Shown: positions 8,924 through 16,917 of the stretch, piece after piece
How the letters are laid out: each line of letters starts with the position of its first letter
Numbering within the stretch: position 1 is the first letter of the stretch
NCBI GenBank assembly: GCA_910584715.1
Contig: CAJUAN010000010.1
Coordinates: 13,496 to 77,495, forward strand
From: an uncultured Oscillospiraceae bacterium
Lineage (GTDB): Bacteria; Bacillota; Clostridia; Oscillospirales; Ruminococcaceae
Direction: 5' to 3'
Length of the DNA: 64,000 nt
The notes under the pieces: model-generated
Databases searched by the model: none
What the model saw: only the letters and a program-made list of their open reading frames with translations
What the model was told of the DNA's origin: nothing
Translations under genes and position numbers: made by a program

Positions 8924-9376
8924 ATGGGAAAATACGACGTGTTTATTTCAATTTGCGTCGGCGCGGATACGCCTGAAAATTCGGACATCATAAAAATACG
9001 CAAAGCAGTCGACAGGATCGCTGAGAGGTACAGCATTGCGGAAGATACATATGGAACGGAGAATGCATATTCCGATACGGGACATGGCTTCCGCAAAGCT
9101 ATAAATTCGTCTCTGTGTTCGATCATTATAGTTCCGTCGGGGGATATGAGCGGATTTATGGCTCCTATCATGCATACCCTTGTCAAAAATAAAAAGCTGT
9201 GCGTTCTTATTCTGGATAGGGATTCCCAGAACGTACAGCTCGAGGTAAAGGCGGACGGCTATGAAAACGTGACCGTTGACGGCAGGACTTCAAACGCTGA
9301 TTATTTTGAGCTTTTCAACAGCTTTATTGCTTCCGCCAAAAAGGAAGATGAGCTTTTGTGCGGAAACTGCCCGTAA
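8924..9376 (+). CDS. Small hypothetical protein with a TIR-like/DUF1863-like N-terminal pattern
   Basis: 150 aa. Begins MGKYDVFISI..., like the TIR beta-A strand (YDVFIS). Later AINSSLCSIIIVPSGDMS resembles the TIR beta-C region. No conserved Glu is visible after it. The RBS is weak. Confidence 0.5.
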   Translation: MGKYDVFISICVGADTPENSDIIKIRKAVDRIAERYSIAEDTYGTENAYSDTGHGFRKAINSSLCSIIIVPSGDMSGFMAPIMHTLVKNKKLCVLILDRDSQNVQLEVKADGYENVTVDGRTSNADYFELFNSFIASAKKEDELLCGNCP

Positions 9377-9436
9377 ATTCCCGCGCTTAATTATTCAATA
9401 TAAGAGTGAACGCGCTGCGTCGTATGTTCCGAAAAG

Positions 9437-9480
9437 GAAAGAGACTGAACAGATATTATTCTGCCCGGTCTCTTTTTGCA
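9437..9480 (+). terminator. Putative rho-independent terminator after the TIR-like gene
   Basis: AAAGAGACTG / CGGTCTCTTT stem with a 17-nt loop, then TTTGCATTTT. Confidence 0.45.
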
Positions 9481-9635
9481 TTTTCGCTTTTTTTACATAC
9501 CCGGGAATACTGCGGCGGCTCCGCACGCGGGGCAGCGCATTGTTTCTTTATTTAAAAATAATTTTGCTGAAGCGCAAGCGATCCGGTATAAAACCGTACT
9601 TATTAAGTGAAAGGAAAAGAAAGGGGGTCGGCGGT

Positions 9636-10184
9636 ATGGACGACAGCGGCATAATCTCGCTGTTTACGGAGCGTTCCGAGGAAGCTGTGCGGGAGACTAA
9701 GCTCAGATACGGACGGCTGGTTTTTTCCGTCGCAATGCGTATCTTAGGCAGCGAAGCCGACGCGGAGGAGTGCGAAAATGATGCCTATATGGCAGCATGG
9801 AACGCTATTCCTCCCGAAAAGCCGGTGAACTTCAGGGCGTTCCTGCTTAGGATAGCAAGGAACCTTGCGCTGAAAAGGTACGAATACTTAACCGCGGAAA
9901 AGCGTAATCCGAACACGGCGGTGTCTCTTGAGGAGCTGGGAGAGTGCGCCTCGGACGAAAGCGCGGCTGTACGGTACTCCGAGAGGGAGCTTGCCGATGT
10001 GATGAACAAATTTCTCGGCTCGCTTGAGGAGGAGAACCGCAGGGTCTTTATGCTCAGGTACTGGTACTTCATGCCCGTGCGGGACATATGCGAAAGGTGC
10101 GGCATAAGCAAGAGCAAGGCGGAATCAATGCTGTTCCGCACGAGAAAAAAGCTGAAAAAATATCTGGAGGAGGAAGGGCTTTGA
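9636..10184 (+). CDS. ECF-type sigma-70 family RNA polymerase sigma factor
   Basis: ATG at 9636 is preceded by AAAGGGGG. Region 2 (ECENDAYMAAW...FRAFLLRIARNLALKRY) and region 4 (RRVFMLRYWYFMPVRDICERCGISKSKAESMLFRTRKKL) are recognisable. The 302-aa ORF in the track is an unsupported 5' extension. Confidence 0.85.
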   Translation: MDDSGIISLFTERSEEAVRETKLRYGRLVFSVAMRILGSEADAEECENDAYMAAWNAIPPEKPVNFRAFLLRIARNLALKRYEYLTAEKRNPNTAVSLEELGECASDESAAVRYSERELADVMNKFLGSLEEENRRVFMLRYWYFMPVRDICERCGISKSKAESMLFRTRKKLKKYLEEEGL

Positions 10185-12250
10185 ACAGAAAGGAAATCGA
10201 GAAAATGGTCTCCCTCGCGGACGACGGCTATATTGCGGAAATGTTCACGGCAAGGCTGTACGAGCGTAAACGTCACGGAACGGCGTGGATAGCGGCTGCG
10301 GCGGCGATCGCGGTAGCCGTGGGAGCGGCAGCCGTAGCCGTGAATACGTCGGACAGCAATAAAATGACTGCCGATCTGCATGACCTTATCACCGAAACGG
10401 AGACGGACACGTCCGCCCTTGAAAGCACAGCGGCATCGCAGGAAACGCAAGAAACGCTGCATTCGTGGGGATACCTAACAAACAAAAAGGGCTATTTCAA
10501 AAACAAACCCGACGACGAAGCGGAATACTACTACGATCTGCTTGAACGGAATTTAGACTTTACAACGGACGGCCCCGTGTACCGCTTTACACCCGAGTAT
10601 TTGGAGGAAATAACCCGCTTTACTCCCGAATATCTTGAAGACCCGTTCCGCTTTGAAAGAAAGGATTTCCTCAATATAGAGGGCGGCTTGCAGTGCTCCG
10701 AAAACAATGTTCCGCTGTACGCGGGCATAAGGCTCTATAACAGCGATACAGATAACCTGCCTATGGTGCACATGGTCTTTTATTCGGACGGCAGCCATTT
10801 GGCAGGGTTTGACAAAAGCCGGTACACCTCCGAGATTTACGGCGATACCGCCCTTTACGGCTTCGACCTCTCCGAGGAAAAGGACGGCAGCAAGCTTTTA
10901 GCCTGCTGGAGGTCGGGGGATACCAACTATATGTTTGCATCACGCGATCTCGGCGTTGATAATTTTTTGGAAGTTATCTCGATGTATACCAATTACTTTC
11001 GTCAGGGCGATAATAACCTTATGTACGTTGAGGACGATTTTACCCTTGACAGCTTTGACCTGGACAGCGGAGCCGTACGAACGGTCAGCTCCTACAAGGG
11101 AGCTTCGGAAATGAACCGGGACAGTGTTTTTGCCGGCTACGTTCCCGACGGTTCGCCTTTTGCGGGACTCAGCCTTTACGGTACTCCGCAGGATCAGAAT
11201 TACGAGGAAGCCAATATTGGCGGCGAAACGATTTATAAAAGGTACCGTCAGCTTTTTGCCGATCACGAAAGCTACGATATAGGAAACGGCAGCGAAAAAA
11301 TTTATATTTCATTGATTTACGAGTGGGACGCCCAAAATACCATGACCGATTCAAGAAGTAATTACCCTGTCGTTCTCCTTGAGGAGATAACCCCCGAAAA
11401 GCTTGACGAGATAAGGACAGATGAGGACAATCGGGGAAAATACTATTTTGTTATCCCCGTGAATGACTTCACAATTACAGTGCTTGCGTCCTGCGAGCGG
11501 GAACAGCTTCTTGAAGCTATAGACGCGATCCGCTCACAGGGCGGCAGCGTAACAAGGCTGTCCCTTGCGGAGGCGAATTCCGAAACGCCTTTTGCGGGGT
11601 ATATCCCGCAGTCGGATTCCATAGAGGGGCTTGACCTTGCGGGGGTGATAAAGGATACTTCCAAAAGGGAAGAGCTCCGCGTGATGTACCGCGGCGAGAA
11701 CAGGCTGCGCGAGACGGAATACGTTCATTTTTACTATATAAACGGGCTGCGCAGACTGACAGACAGCTCGGGACAGCCTTTGCCGGTCGTTGAATCTCCC
11801 GAAGAGCTTTCAGTCCAAAAGCTCGAAAATATAAAGAAGCTGGGCAGCGGCGACCTGACAAAGCACAGCTTCTATCTTAACATAAACGAAGCGGGGTTCT
11901 GTATCCGCGTGGAGGCTCTCTGTTCAAGCGAAAAGCTGATGAAATTTTTCGAGGATATGGGGATATTGCAGACTCCCGAAACAGCCGCTATTCTTGAGGA
12001 TGAAGCGCGCCGTTTGTTTGAAGAAGAGGAGAAAGCCCGACGTGAGCTTGAAGAGGAGAAAGTCCGCCTTAAACATGAAACGGAAAAGCTTCCCGAAACG
12101 GTGACGTACAACGGCAGGGAATTTCTGCGTACCGCTTTGTCGGAGGAGACCCTCGAATGGCTCGACTGGTACAACTCGCTTTCCGAGGAGGAGCGGCTTA
12201 CGGTAAGCTATGAGCCGGAGGAGTTGAGTTATTTGCAGTACAGATTTTAA
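10181..12250 (+). CDS. Membrane-anchored anti-sigma-like protein with a large extracytoplasmic region
   Basis: TTG start at 10181 overlaps the sigma stop (TTGA), with GGAGGAGGAAG upstream; ATG at 10205 is the alternative. Short cytoplasmic N-terminus, one TM helix (AWIAAAAAIAVAVGAAAVAV) and about 630 aa outside. An internal domain duplication is marked by FAGYVPDGSPFAGLSL and FAGYIPQSDSIEGLDL. No zf-HC2 motif, so the anti-sigma role is inferred from position only. Confidence 0.6.
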   Translation: MNRKEIEKMVSLADDGYIAEMFTARLYERKRHGTAWIAAAAAIAVAVGAAAVAVNTSDSNKMTADLHDLITETETDTSALESTAASQETQETLHSWGYLTNKKGYFKNKPDDEAEYYYDLLERNLDFTTDGPVYRFTPEYLEEITRFTPEYLEDPFRFERKDFLNIEGGLQCSENNVPLYAGIRLYNSDTDNLPMVHMVFYSDGSHLAGFDKSRYTSEIYGDTALYGFDLSEEKDGSKLLACWRSGDTNYMFASRDLGVDNFLEVISMYTNYFRQGDNNLMYVEDDFTLDSFDLDSGAVRTVSSYKGASEMNRDSVFAGYVPDGSPFAGLSLYGTPQDQNYEEANIGGETIYKRYRQLFADHESYDIGNGSEKIYISLIYEWDAQNTMTDSRSNYPVVLLEEITPEKLDEIRTDEDNRGKYYFVIPVNDFTITVLASCEREQLLEAIDAIRSQGGSVTRLSLAEANSETPFAGYIPQSDSIEGLDLAGVIKDTSKREELRVMYRGENRLRETEYVHFYYINGLRRLTDSSGQPLPVVESPEELSVQKLENIKKLGSGDLTKHSFYLNINEAGFCIRVEALCSSEKLMKFFEDMGILQTPETAAILEDEARRLFEEEEKARRELEEEKVRLKHETEKLPETVTYNGREFLRTALSEETLEWLDWYNSLSEEERLTVSYEPEELSYLQYRF
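10583..10648 (+). repeat. In-frame 33-nt tandem duplication inside the anti-sigma-like CDS (RFTPEYLEEIT / RFTPEYLEDPF)
   Basis: Two adjacent 33-nt units that differ mainly at synonymous positions. A third unit begins (RFE..). Confidence 0.8.
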
Positions 12251-12252
12251 AT

Positions 12253-12301
12253 AAAAAATACCCGATACACATCAGCCATGCCTTCGTATCGGGTATTTTT
12301 T
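12253..12301. terminator. Bidirectional rho-independent terminator between convergent genes
   Basis: AATACCCGATAC / GTATCGGGTATT stem flanked by an A-run (12251-12257) and a T-run (12296-12301). Confidence 0.75.
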
Positions 12302-12320
12302 AATTATTTTCGGCTTAACA

Positions 12321-13085
12321 TCAAATCTCGATATCCGTATAGCCTTTGGGGATATCGAATTCCGAATCATTTACCTTGAACGAAACGCTGAAGCATACGC
12401 TCAGGTCGTCCGCCGACATTGCAACGGGGTTGCCGCTGGAATTGAACAGGAAGCTGAATTTTCCGCTCTTGCTTCCCTCGAATTCTTCATAGTAATATAT
12501 CTTATCGTTGCTCTTGAATTTAAAAAGCTTGCCCTTGGTCTTATCGGTAACGCCCAGGTCGTCAGACATATAATCGTCGTTATCGAAAGTCATGAATGTT
12601 CCTACCATCTCGTCGATCATATCCTCATAGCCAAGGTCCTCCGTCATGGGCATGGTGATCTTCTGCTTGTCAGCCACGGAAAGCAGGGTCATTTTATCGG
12701 GATCCATGTAGATCGCTACTCCGGTTCCGTCCTCGTAGGCAACGGTCTTGATCTTTTGACCCTTATAGGCTACCGATATGATGTTGTCCTTGTCGATAAT
12801 ATTGGCAAGGAACTGCGGCTCCTTACTGTTGAAAGCTTTGAGTTGGTTTTCGTAGAATTTCTTTGTTCTTGACTTGCTGAAAGAAACCGTATTTTTAGCT
12901 TCCTTTTCGCCGTATTTTTCCAGCCACTTGATGTAATTTGAATTGTACTTCGCTGACGTAAGAGCTTTGGTATCGCTCCAGACGGTATTTTTTGCCGCAG
13001 AAGCGGAAACGCCGAGGATCATTGTAACGCAGAGCACTGCGGATACAACGGAAAATAAAACCTTTTTGAATTTGCGGGATATCAT
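12321..13085 (-). CDS. Secreted protein of unknown function (paralog A)
   Basis: ATG at 13085 has AAGGAGGA 7 nt upstream. Signal peptide MISRKFKKVLFSVVSAVLCVTMILGVSASA. Clearly paralogous to the 13241-13996 product (SKSRTKKF/GKSKTKKF, KFKSNDKIYYYEEFE/KFKSNRSVYIYEEVE, SFKVNDSEFDIPKGY/SFSVDDSDFKMPSDY). Confidence 0.8.
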   Translation of the reverse strand: MISRKFKKVLFSVVSAVLCVTMILGVSASAAKNTVWSDTKALTSAKYNSNYIKWLEKYGEKEAKNTVSFSKSRTKKFYENQLKAFNSKEPQFLANIIDKDNIISVAYKGQKIKTVAYEDGTGVAIYMDPDKMTLLSVADKQKITMPMTEDLGYEDMIDEMVGTFMTFDNDDYMSDDLGVTDKTKGKLFKFKSNDKIYYYEEFEGSKSGKFSFLFNSSGNPVAMSADDLSVCFSVSFKVNDSEFDIPKGYTDIEI

Positions 13086-13132
13086 TGATTTTTCCTCCTT
13101 AAAATAATAAAAGTACAGTTTTACATAACTAT

Positions 13133-13161
13133 ATTTTAACACTATATAATTAATTTGTCAA
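13133..13161 (-). promoter_or_regulatory. Sigma-A type promoter for paralog A
   Basis: On the minus strand: TTGACA(13161-13156), 17-nt spacer, TAAAAT(13138-13133). Confidence 0.5.
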
Positions 13162-13240
13162 TAAAAACATTAAAATAATATTAAAAAATGTTTTTGGGAG
13201 TGACATATTTTACCGTATTGCTGTAAGCGCCCGCAGCAGA

Positions 13241-13996
13241 TCACGAGTAAAATCTGTCAGGATCAACGAGCTTATAATCCGAGGGCATTTTAAAATCCGA
13301 ATCGTCGACGCTGAAAGAAATATTTATGCATATACATTCGGCGCCGTCTCCAACAGCAAGTATCTGTCCGTCCTCATTGAACAGGAAGCCTACCTCTTCG
13401 ACTTCTTCGTATATGTAGACGCTGCGGTTGCTTTTGAACTTGCAGGTCTTTATTCTTGCCGAGTCGTCAACATTCGTTACATAGGTGTTCAGGAACTTCG
13501 GAATCGACTCAGCAATCTCAAATATTTCGTCAAAATCTTCCTCGCTTATTTGAAAGGAAGTCATTTCTTTGGTTACGGAGTTATACTCTGACGCTTTTTC
13601 GGGTTCGATATAAATTGCCCACACAGCGTCATCGTTGTTTTCCAAAGAAACCATTTTTAACTTATCTTCGGTATATGCCATCGATGCCAGTTCGTTTTCC
13701 GAAGCCATTTCAAACTTATATTGCCTGATATCTGACGTGTCCGCAAAAATAGAGGTCTCTATAAATTTTTTTGTTTTTGATTTGCCGTACGCTACCGTTT
13801 TATACTTGTCATTTTCAAAGCACTTATTAAGCAGTTTTGCGTACTGACGATCGTATTTTATAACGGCAAAATCCTCCGCGCCGCAGAGCGCAGGCTGTTT
13901 TTCCTTTGCGGAAACGGAAATTCCGGCAGCTGCCGTAATGCAAATAAACGCCGCTGCAACGGCGGCCGCTATTTTTTTCAGCTTTTTTATACTCAT
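13241..13996 (-). CDS. Secreted protein of unknown function (paralog B)
   Basis: ATG at 13996 is preceded by GGGGAGGA. Signal peptide MSIKKLKKIAAAVAAAFICITAAAGISVSA. Paralog of the 12321-13085 product. Confidence 0.8.
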   Translation of the reverse strand: MSIKKLKKIAAAVAAAFICITAAAGISVSAKEKQPALCGAEDFAVIKYDRQYAKLLNKCFENDKYKTVAYGKSKTKKFIETSIFADTSDIRQYKFEMASENELASMAYTEDKLKMVSLENNDDAVWAIYIEPEKASEYNSVTKEMTSFQISEEDFDEIFEIAESIPKFLNTYVTNVDDSARIKTCKFKSNRSVYIYEEVEEVGFLFNEDGQILAVGDGAECICINISFSVDDSDFKMPSDYKLVDPDRFYS

Positions 13997-14029
13997 AGAT
14001 GAGTCCTCCCCTAAAAATATTACAGTCAA

Positions 14030-14058
14030 ATAATAACATATAAATATAAATTTGTCAA
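14030..14058 (-). promoter_or_regulatory. Sigma-A type promoter for paralog B
   Basis: On the minus strand: TTGACA(14058-14053), 17-nt spacer, TATTAT(14035-14030). It shares the ATTGACAAAT context with the paralog A promoter. Confidence 0.5.
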
Positions 14059-14232
14059 TAAATTTTAATAATTCGGCAAAGCGTTTAAACGAAAAATGTA
14101 AATTTTTTGTGAATCAGCGTAAACATCTTAAACTTATTGCAGAAACGGACGATATATACAATAAGAATAATTGCCGCAAACGGCATAAACAAGCATAAGC
14201 AAACATAAGCAGCGTACTTAGGGGGCGTCATA

Positions 14233-15150
14233 ATGGATTTCATGTATTCCTGTTCGGTGAACAATTATATAAAAACCATGGATATGCAGGTGAAATGGCA
14301 GAATAAAAAAAAGGACGGAAACTTTTCCGCCGACGGCATAAAGTCCGCTTCCGAGTTGGCTGAGAAGCAGAAAAACAAAATGCGGGAAAAAACCCAAAAA
14401 GCCGGCGGCAGCGAAAGCTCTGACAGCACGGAAAAAGACGACTATAAGGACAAAATACTGAAAAGCATTAACGAAAAACTCAACCGGGGCGACAGGCTCA
14501 CTTCCTCGGAGAAGCGGTACCTTCAGCAGAAAGACCCGCAGGCGTACCAAAAGGTCCTTGACGTGGAAAGAGAGCAGGTCTTTTATGAGAGTCAGCTCAG
14601 ACGGTGCAGGACAAAGGACGAGTTCCACAAGCTGAGAATGCTGCGGACTGTTTCGTCTTTAAGCGCAATAAAATCGGCGCAGAACAATTCAAGTCTTTCT
14701 TCGGACGATAAGCTTGCTGTAGCCGCAGGCGAGCAGCAGAAAAACGCCGCTATGGAAAGGTCGGAAAAGGAATTCATAAAGCGCGGGGAGCTGTCAAGCC
14801 TGCCCACTCAGGCGGAATGCATCGCCGCCGCAAAAAAGCTTGCCGAGGCAAGGCGTGCGGAAAAGAAGCCAAAGGATAAGACAGTCAAGAAAAAGGTGGT
14901 TCAGAAGAAGTCCGAGTCCGTCAAAAAGAAAGACGGAAAAACGGATAAAAAGGATACCAAAAAGGTAAAGACCGTTACCGTCAAGAAAAAGAATTACACG
15001 CTCAAACGCAAGATAACCCGCGCCGAAGCGGAGCAGTCCTACGTTGTGAGAAAGGTGAAGAAAGCCATGAAGCGGGGAGGCATAGGCATATACGGAACGG
15101 CGTTGTCCTCCGCGGGCAATATTGTTAAAAGGCTGAACGTAAAGGCGTAA
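14233..15150 (+). CDS. Highly basic, lysine-rich hypothetical protein
   Basis: 305-aa ORF with GGGGG 8 nt upstream. The C-terminal third is K-rich low complexity (KKPKDKTVKKKVVQKKSESVKKKDGKTDKKDTKKVKTVTVKKK). No recognisable domain. Confidence 0.55.
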   Translation: MDFMYSCSVNNYIKTMDMQVKWQNKKKDGNFSADGIKSASELAEKQKNKMREKTQKAGGSESSDSTEKDDYKDKILKSINEKLNRGDRLTSSEKRYLQQKDPQAYQKVLDVEREQVFYESQLRRCRTKDEFHKLRMLRTVSSLSAIKSAQNNSSLSSDDKLAVAAGEQQKNAAMERSEKEFIKRGELSSLPTQAECIAAAKKLAEARRAEKKPKDKTVKKKVVQKKSESVKKKDGKTDKKDTKKVKTVTVKKKNYTLKRKITRAEAEQSYVVRKVKKAMKRGGIGIYGTALSSAGNIVKRLNVKA

Positions 15151-15169
15151 CGCAAAAGCATTGAATTAA

Positions 15170-15211
15170 GTCCCGACTGGTACAAGAGACCCGTCGGGAC
15201 GTTTTGTTTTT
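15170..15211 (+). terminator. Rho-independent terminator after the Lys-rich gene
   Basis: GTCCCGAC(15170-15177) / GTCGGGAC(15193-15200), then GTTTTGTTTTT. Confidence 0.7.
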
Positions 15212-15215
15212 ATTA

Positions 15216-16586
15216 TCAGCAGTAGTAGATCAGGTGCGCCCTGACCGCCGAAAGCATTTCCTTGTAAAGTTCCGTTGCGTCGTTAAGATCCACCGACATG
15301 AGCGGGTCGTTCAGGAACGCGTTGAACGCGATGTCCAGGTCTTTTTCCGTTACCGATCTGACGATAGTTTTCTGGTTCATAACATGGCGTATGGTAAGAC
15401 CGTACAACTCGTCGGTAAGTCTTCCCGCTGCGACTGGTCTGACGGAATTTCTGCTTATTAGCGCGTTGGTATGAACTATCGAGCCTATGGGAAGATTCTC
15501 CACCTGTCCGCTGTTGCGCATACAAACGTTGGTGATAAGATTTCCCTGACCTATCAGGGCGCGTATCTGCATAGCGCATTCCGTAGAGCTTCCGCCCACT
15601 CTTAGGAGCTCGCCGCCGTTCATAAGATTTTTGACCCGTCCTATCTTGTCCAGCTTCAGCTTTTTAAGATAATTTACCGTGGTCTGGCTGAACTTCCAGC
15701 TTGAAATGGTCTTGGGGGAGCTTGTGTACCATGCGGGACAAAAGTCTGCTGCAAGCCTGTCGGGAACGGCGGGTATGCAGCCGTACCTAAGAAACAGGTC
15801 GAATTTTATTTTATTCGCCGAGGCGAAAGGATTAACCTTGTATTCGTTGGGCTTTATCTCGTAACCGCTGCCGTAGTATTTTTCGGCGTACTCCCTGAAC
15901 AGGGGCATTATATTTTTTCCGTCGTAGGTGACTTCGTTGAACCAGCTGAAGCCGCCTATTCCGATAAGATTGTACTTTATGTCCCGCCTGCGTATGGGCT
16001 GGATTTCAAATTCCTTTTCGCATATATTGGCGAGAAGCTCCAGCGCGGGGAAAAGCTCGTTCGTCGAGCCGAACAGCTTTATTTCGGGGAACACCTCGTA
16101 CATCATCAGCATACACGCTGACATGGGGTTGGACATATTTATCACCCATGCTTCGGGACATATTTTTTTGATCAGCTCCGTGTATTTTATATAGACGGGA
16201 AGCGTTTTCAGCGCCCGTATCAGTCCCGACGGTCCGGTCTGCTCTCCCACCGCCTGATAAATGCCGTAGGTTTCAGGCAGATGCATTTCAGTGACCATTT
16301 CCTCTATTGAACCCTGGGTAAAGGACATTATGACGATGTCCGCATTGGCAAGCGCGTCCTCGGGAGTCTCGGAGGCAAGGTAAATTATATCGCTCTTGCA
16401 GTCCGGATGTTCGCGGAGCTTGTTTCCTATGGTCTCGTTTGCAAGGGCAAGCTGCTTGTCCACATCGTAAAGCCTGACCTCGGCGCATATTTCCTCGGCG
16501 GCAAGCTCGGAAAATATCTTCCAGCCGTAGTTTACGGAGCCTCCTCCTATATATGCAATAACGATCCTTTTATCCTTAGTTACCAT
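15216..16586 (-). CDS. Glycoside hydrolase family 4-like protein (NAD-binding Rossmann N-terminus), atypical
   Basis: Start chosen at MVTKDKRIVIAYIGGGS (ATG 16586, GGAACAGG upstream). GH4-like layout: IGGGS NAD motif, INMSNPMS, C-terminal domain. The positions where I expect the GH4 Cys and His metal ligands read FGSTNE and GIGGFSW. Confidence 0.55.
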   Translation of the reverse strand: MVTKDKRIVIAYIGGGSVNYGWKIFSELAAEEICAEVRLYDVDKQLALANETIGNKLREHPDCKSDIIYLASETPEDALANADIVIMSFTQGSIEEMVTEMHLPETYGIYQAVGEQTGPSGLIRALKTLPVYIKYTELIKKICPEAWVINMSNPMSACMLMMYEVFPEIKLFGSTNELFPALELLANICEKEFEIQPIRRRDIKYNLIGIGGFSWFNEVTYDGKNIMPLFREYAEKYYGSGYEIKPNEYKVNPFASANKIKFDLFLRYGCIPAVPDRLAADFCPAWYTSSPKTISSWKFSQTTVNYLKKLKLDKIGRVKNLMNGGELLRVGGSSTECAMQIRALIGQGNLITNVCMRNSGQVENLPIGSIVHTNALISRNSVRPVAAGRLTDELYGLTIRHVMNQKTIVRSVTEKDLDIAFNAFLNDPLMSVDLNDATELYKEMLSAVRAHLIYYC

Positions 16587-16852
16587 AAGACCTGTTCCTT
16601 TCGTGATGATCCTGCGCCTGCTGTGATTGCTGCGATTGCTGTGTTTGTCATGCCTGTACATTTAACAAAAAATAAATACATAAATACATACCGCTACATA
16701 TATTATTGTACAAAAACACGCTTTTGTCAAGCTTTTTTCCAAAAAATATAAATTTTGGCAGCGGAAACGGAACGCTTTTCCGCTTTATTTGTCATTATAA
16801 ATAATAAGTGTCAATTAATATATGATAAAATGTAAAAAGTGTGCAAATGTCC

Positions 16853-16881
16853 TTGACAATTATTCGAGAAATTGTTATCAT
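16853..16881 (+). promoter_or_regulatory. Sigma-A type promoter (extended -10) for the giant repeat protein gene
   Basis: TTGACA(16853-16858), 17-nt spacer ending in TGT, TATCAT(16876-16881). Confidence 0.5.
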
Positions 16882-16917
16882 ATATAATATATATTGAATA
16901 AAGTGAGGGCTGTAACT

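Noticed and set aside
9276-9635. 5' extension that turns the sigma-factor ORF into a 302-aa protein overlapping the TIR-like gene.
   Set aside because: The extension spans a hairpin terminator and AT-rich intergenic DNA and has no RBS. Sigma-factor region 2 begins right after the internal ATG at 9636, which has a strong AAAGGGGG RBS.
10088-10180. 5' extension of the anti-sigma-like ORF into the sigma-factor gene.
   Set aside because: It is an out-of-frame overlap with sigma region 4. A TTG (10181) or ATG (10205) start with a GGAGGAGG RBS explains the gene better.
16760-16791. Terminator-like hairpin (AGCGGAAA/TTTCCGCT followed by TTATTTG) in the divergent region between the GH4-like gene and the giant gene.
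   Set aside because: No upstream plus-strand gene or convincing small ORF or RNA ends there. It may simply insulate the two divergent promoters. The evidence is insufficient to call a feature.
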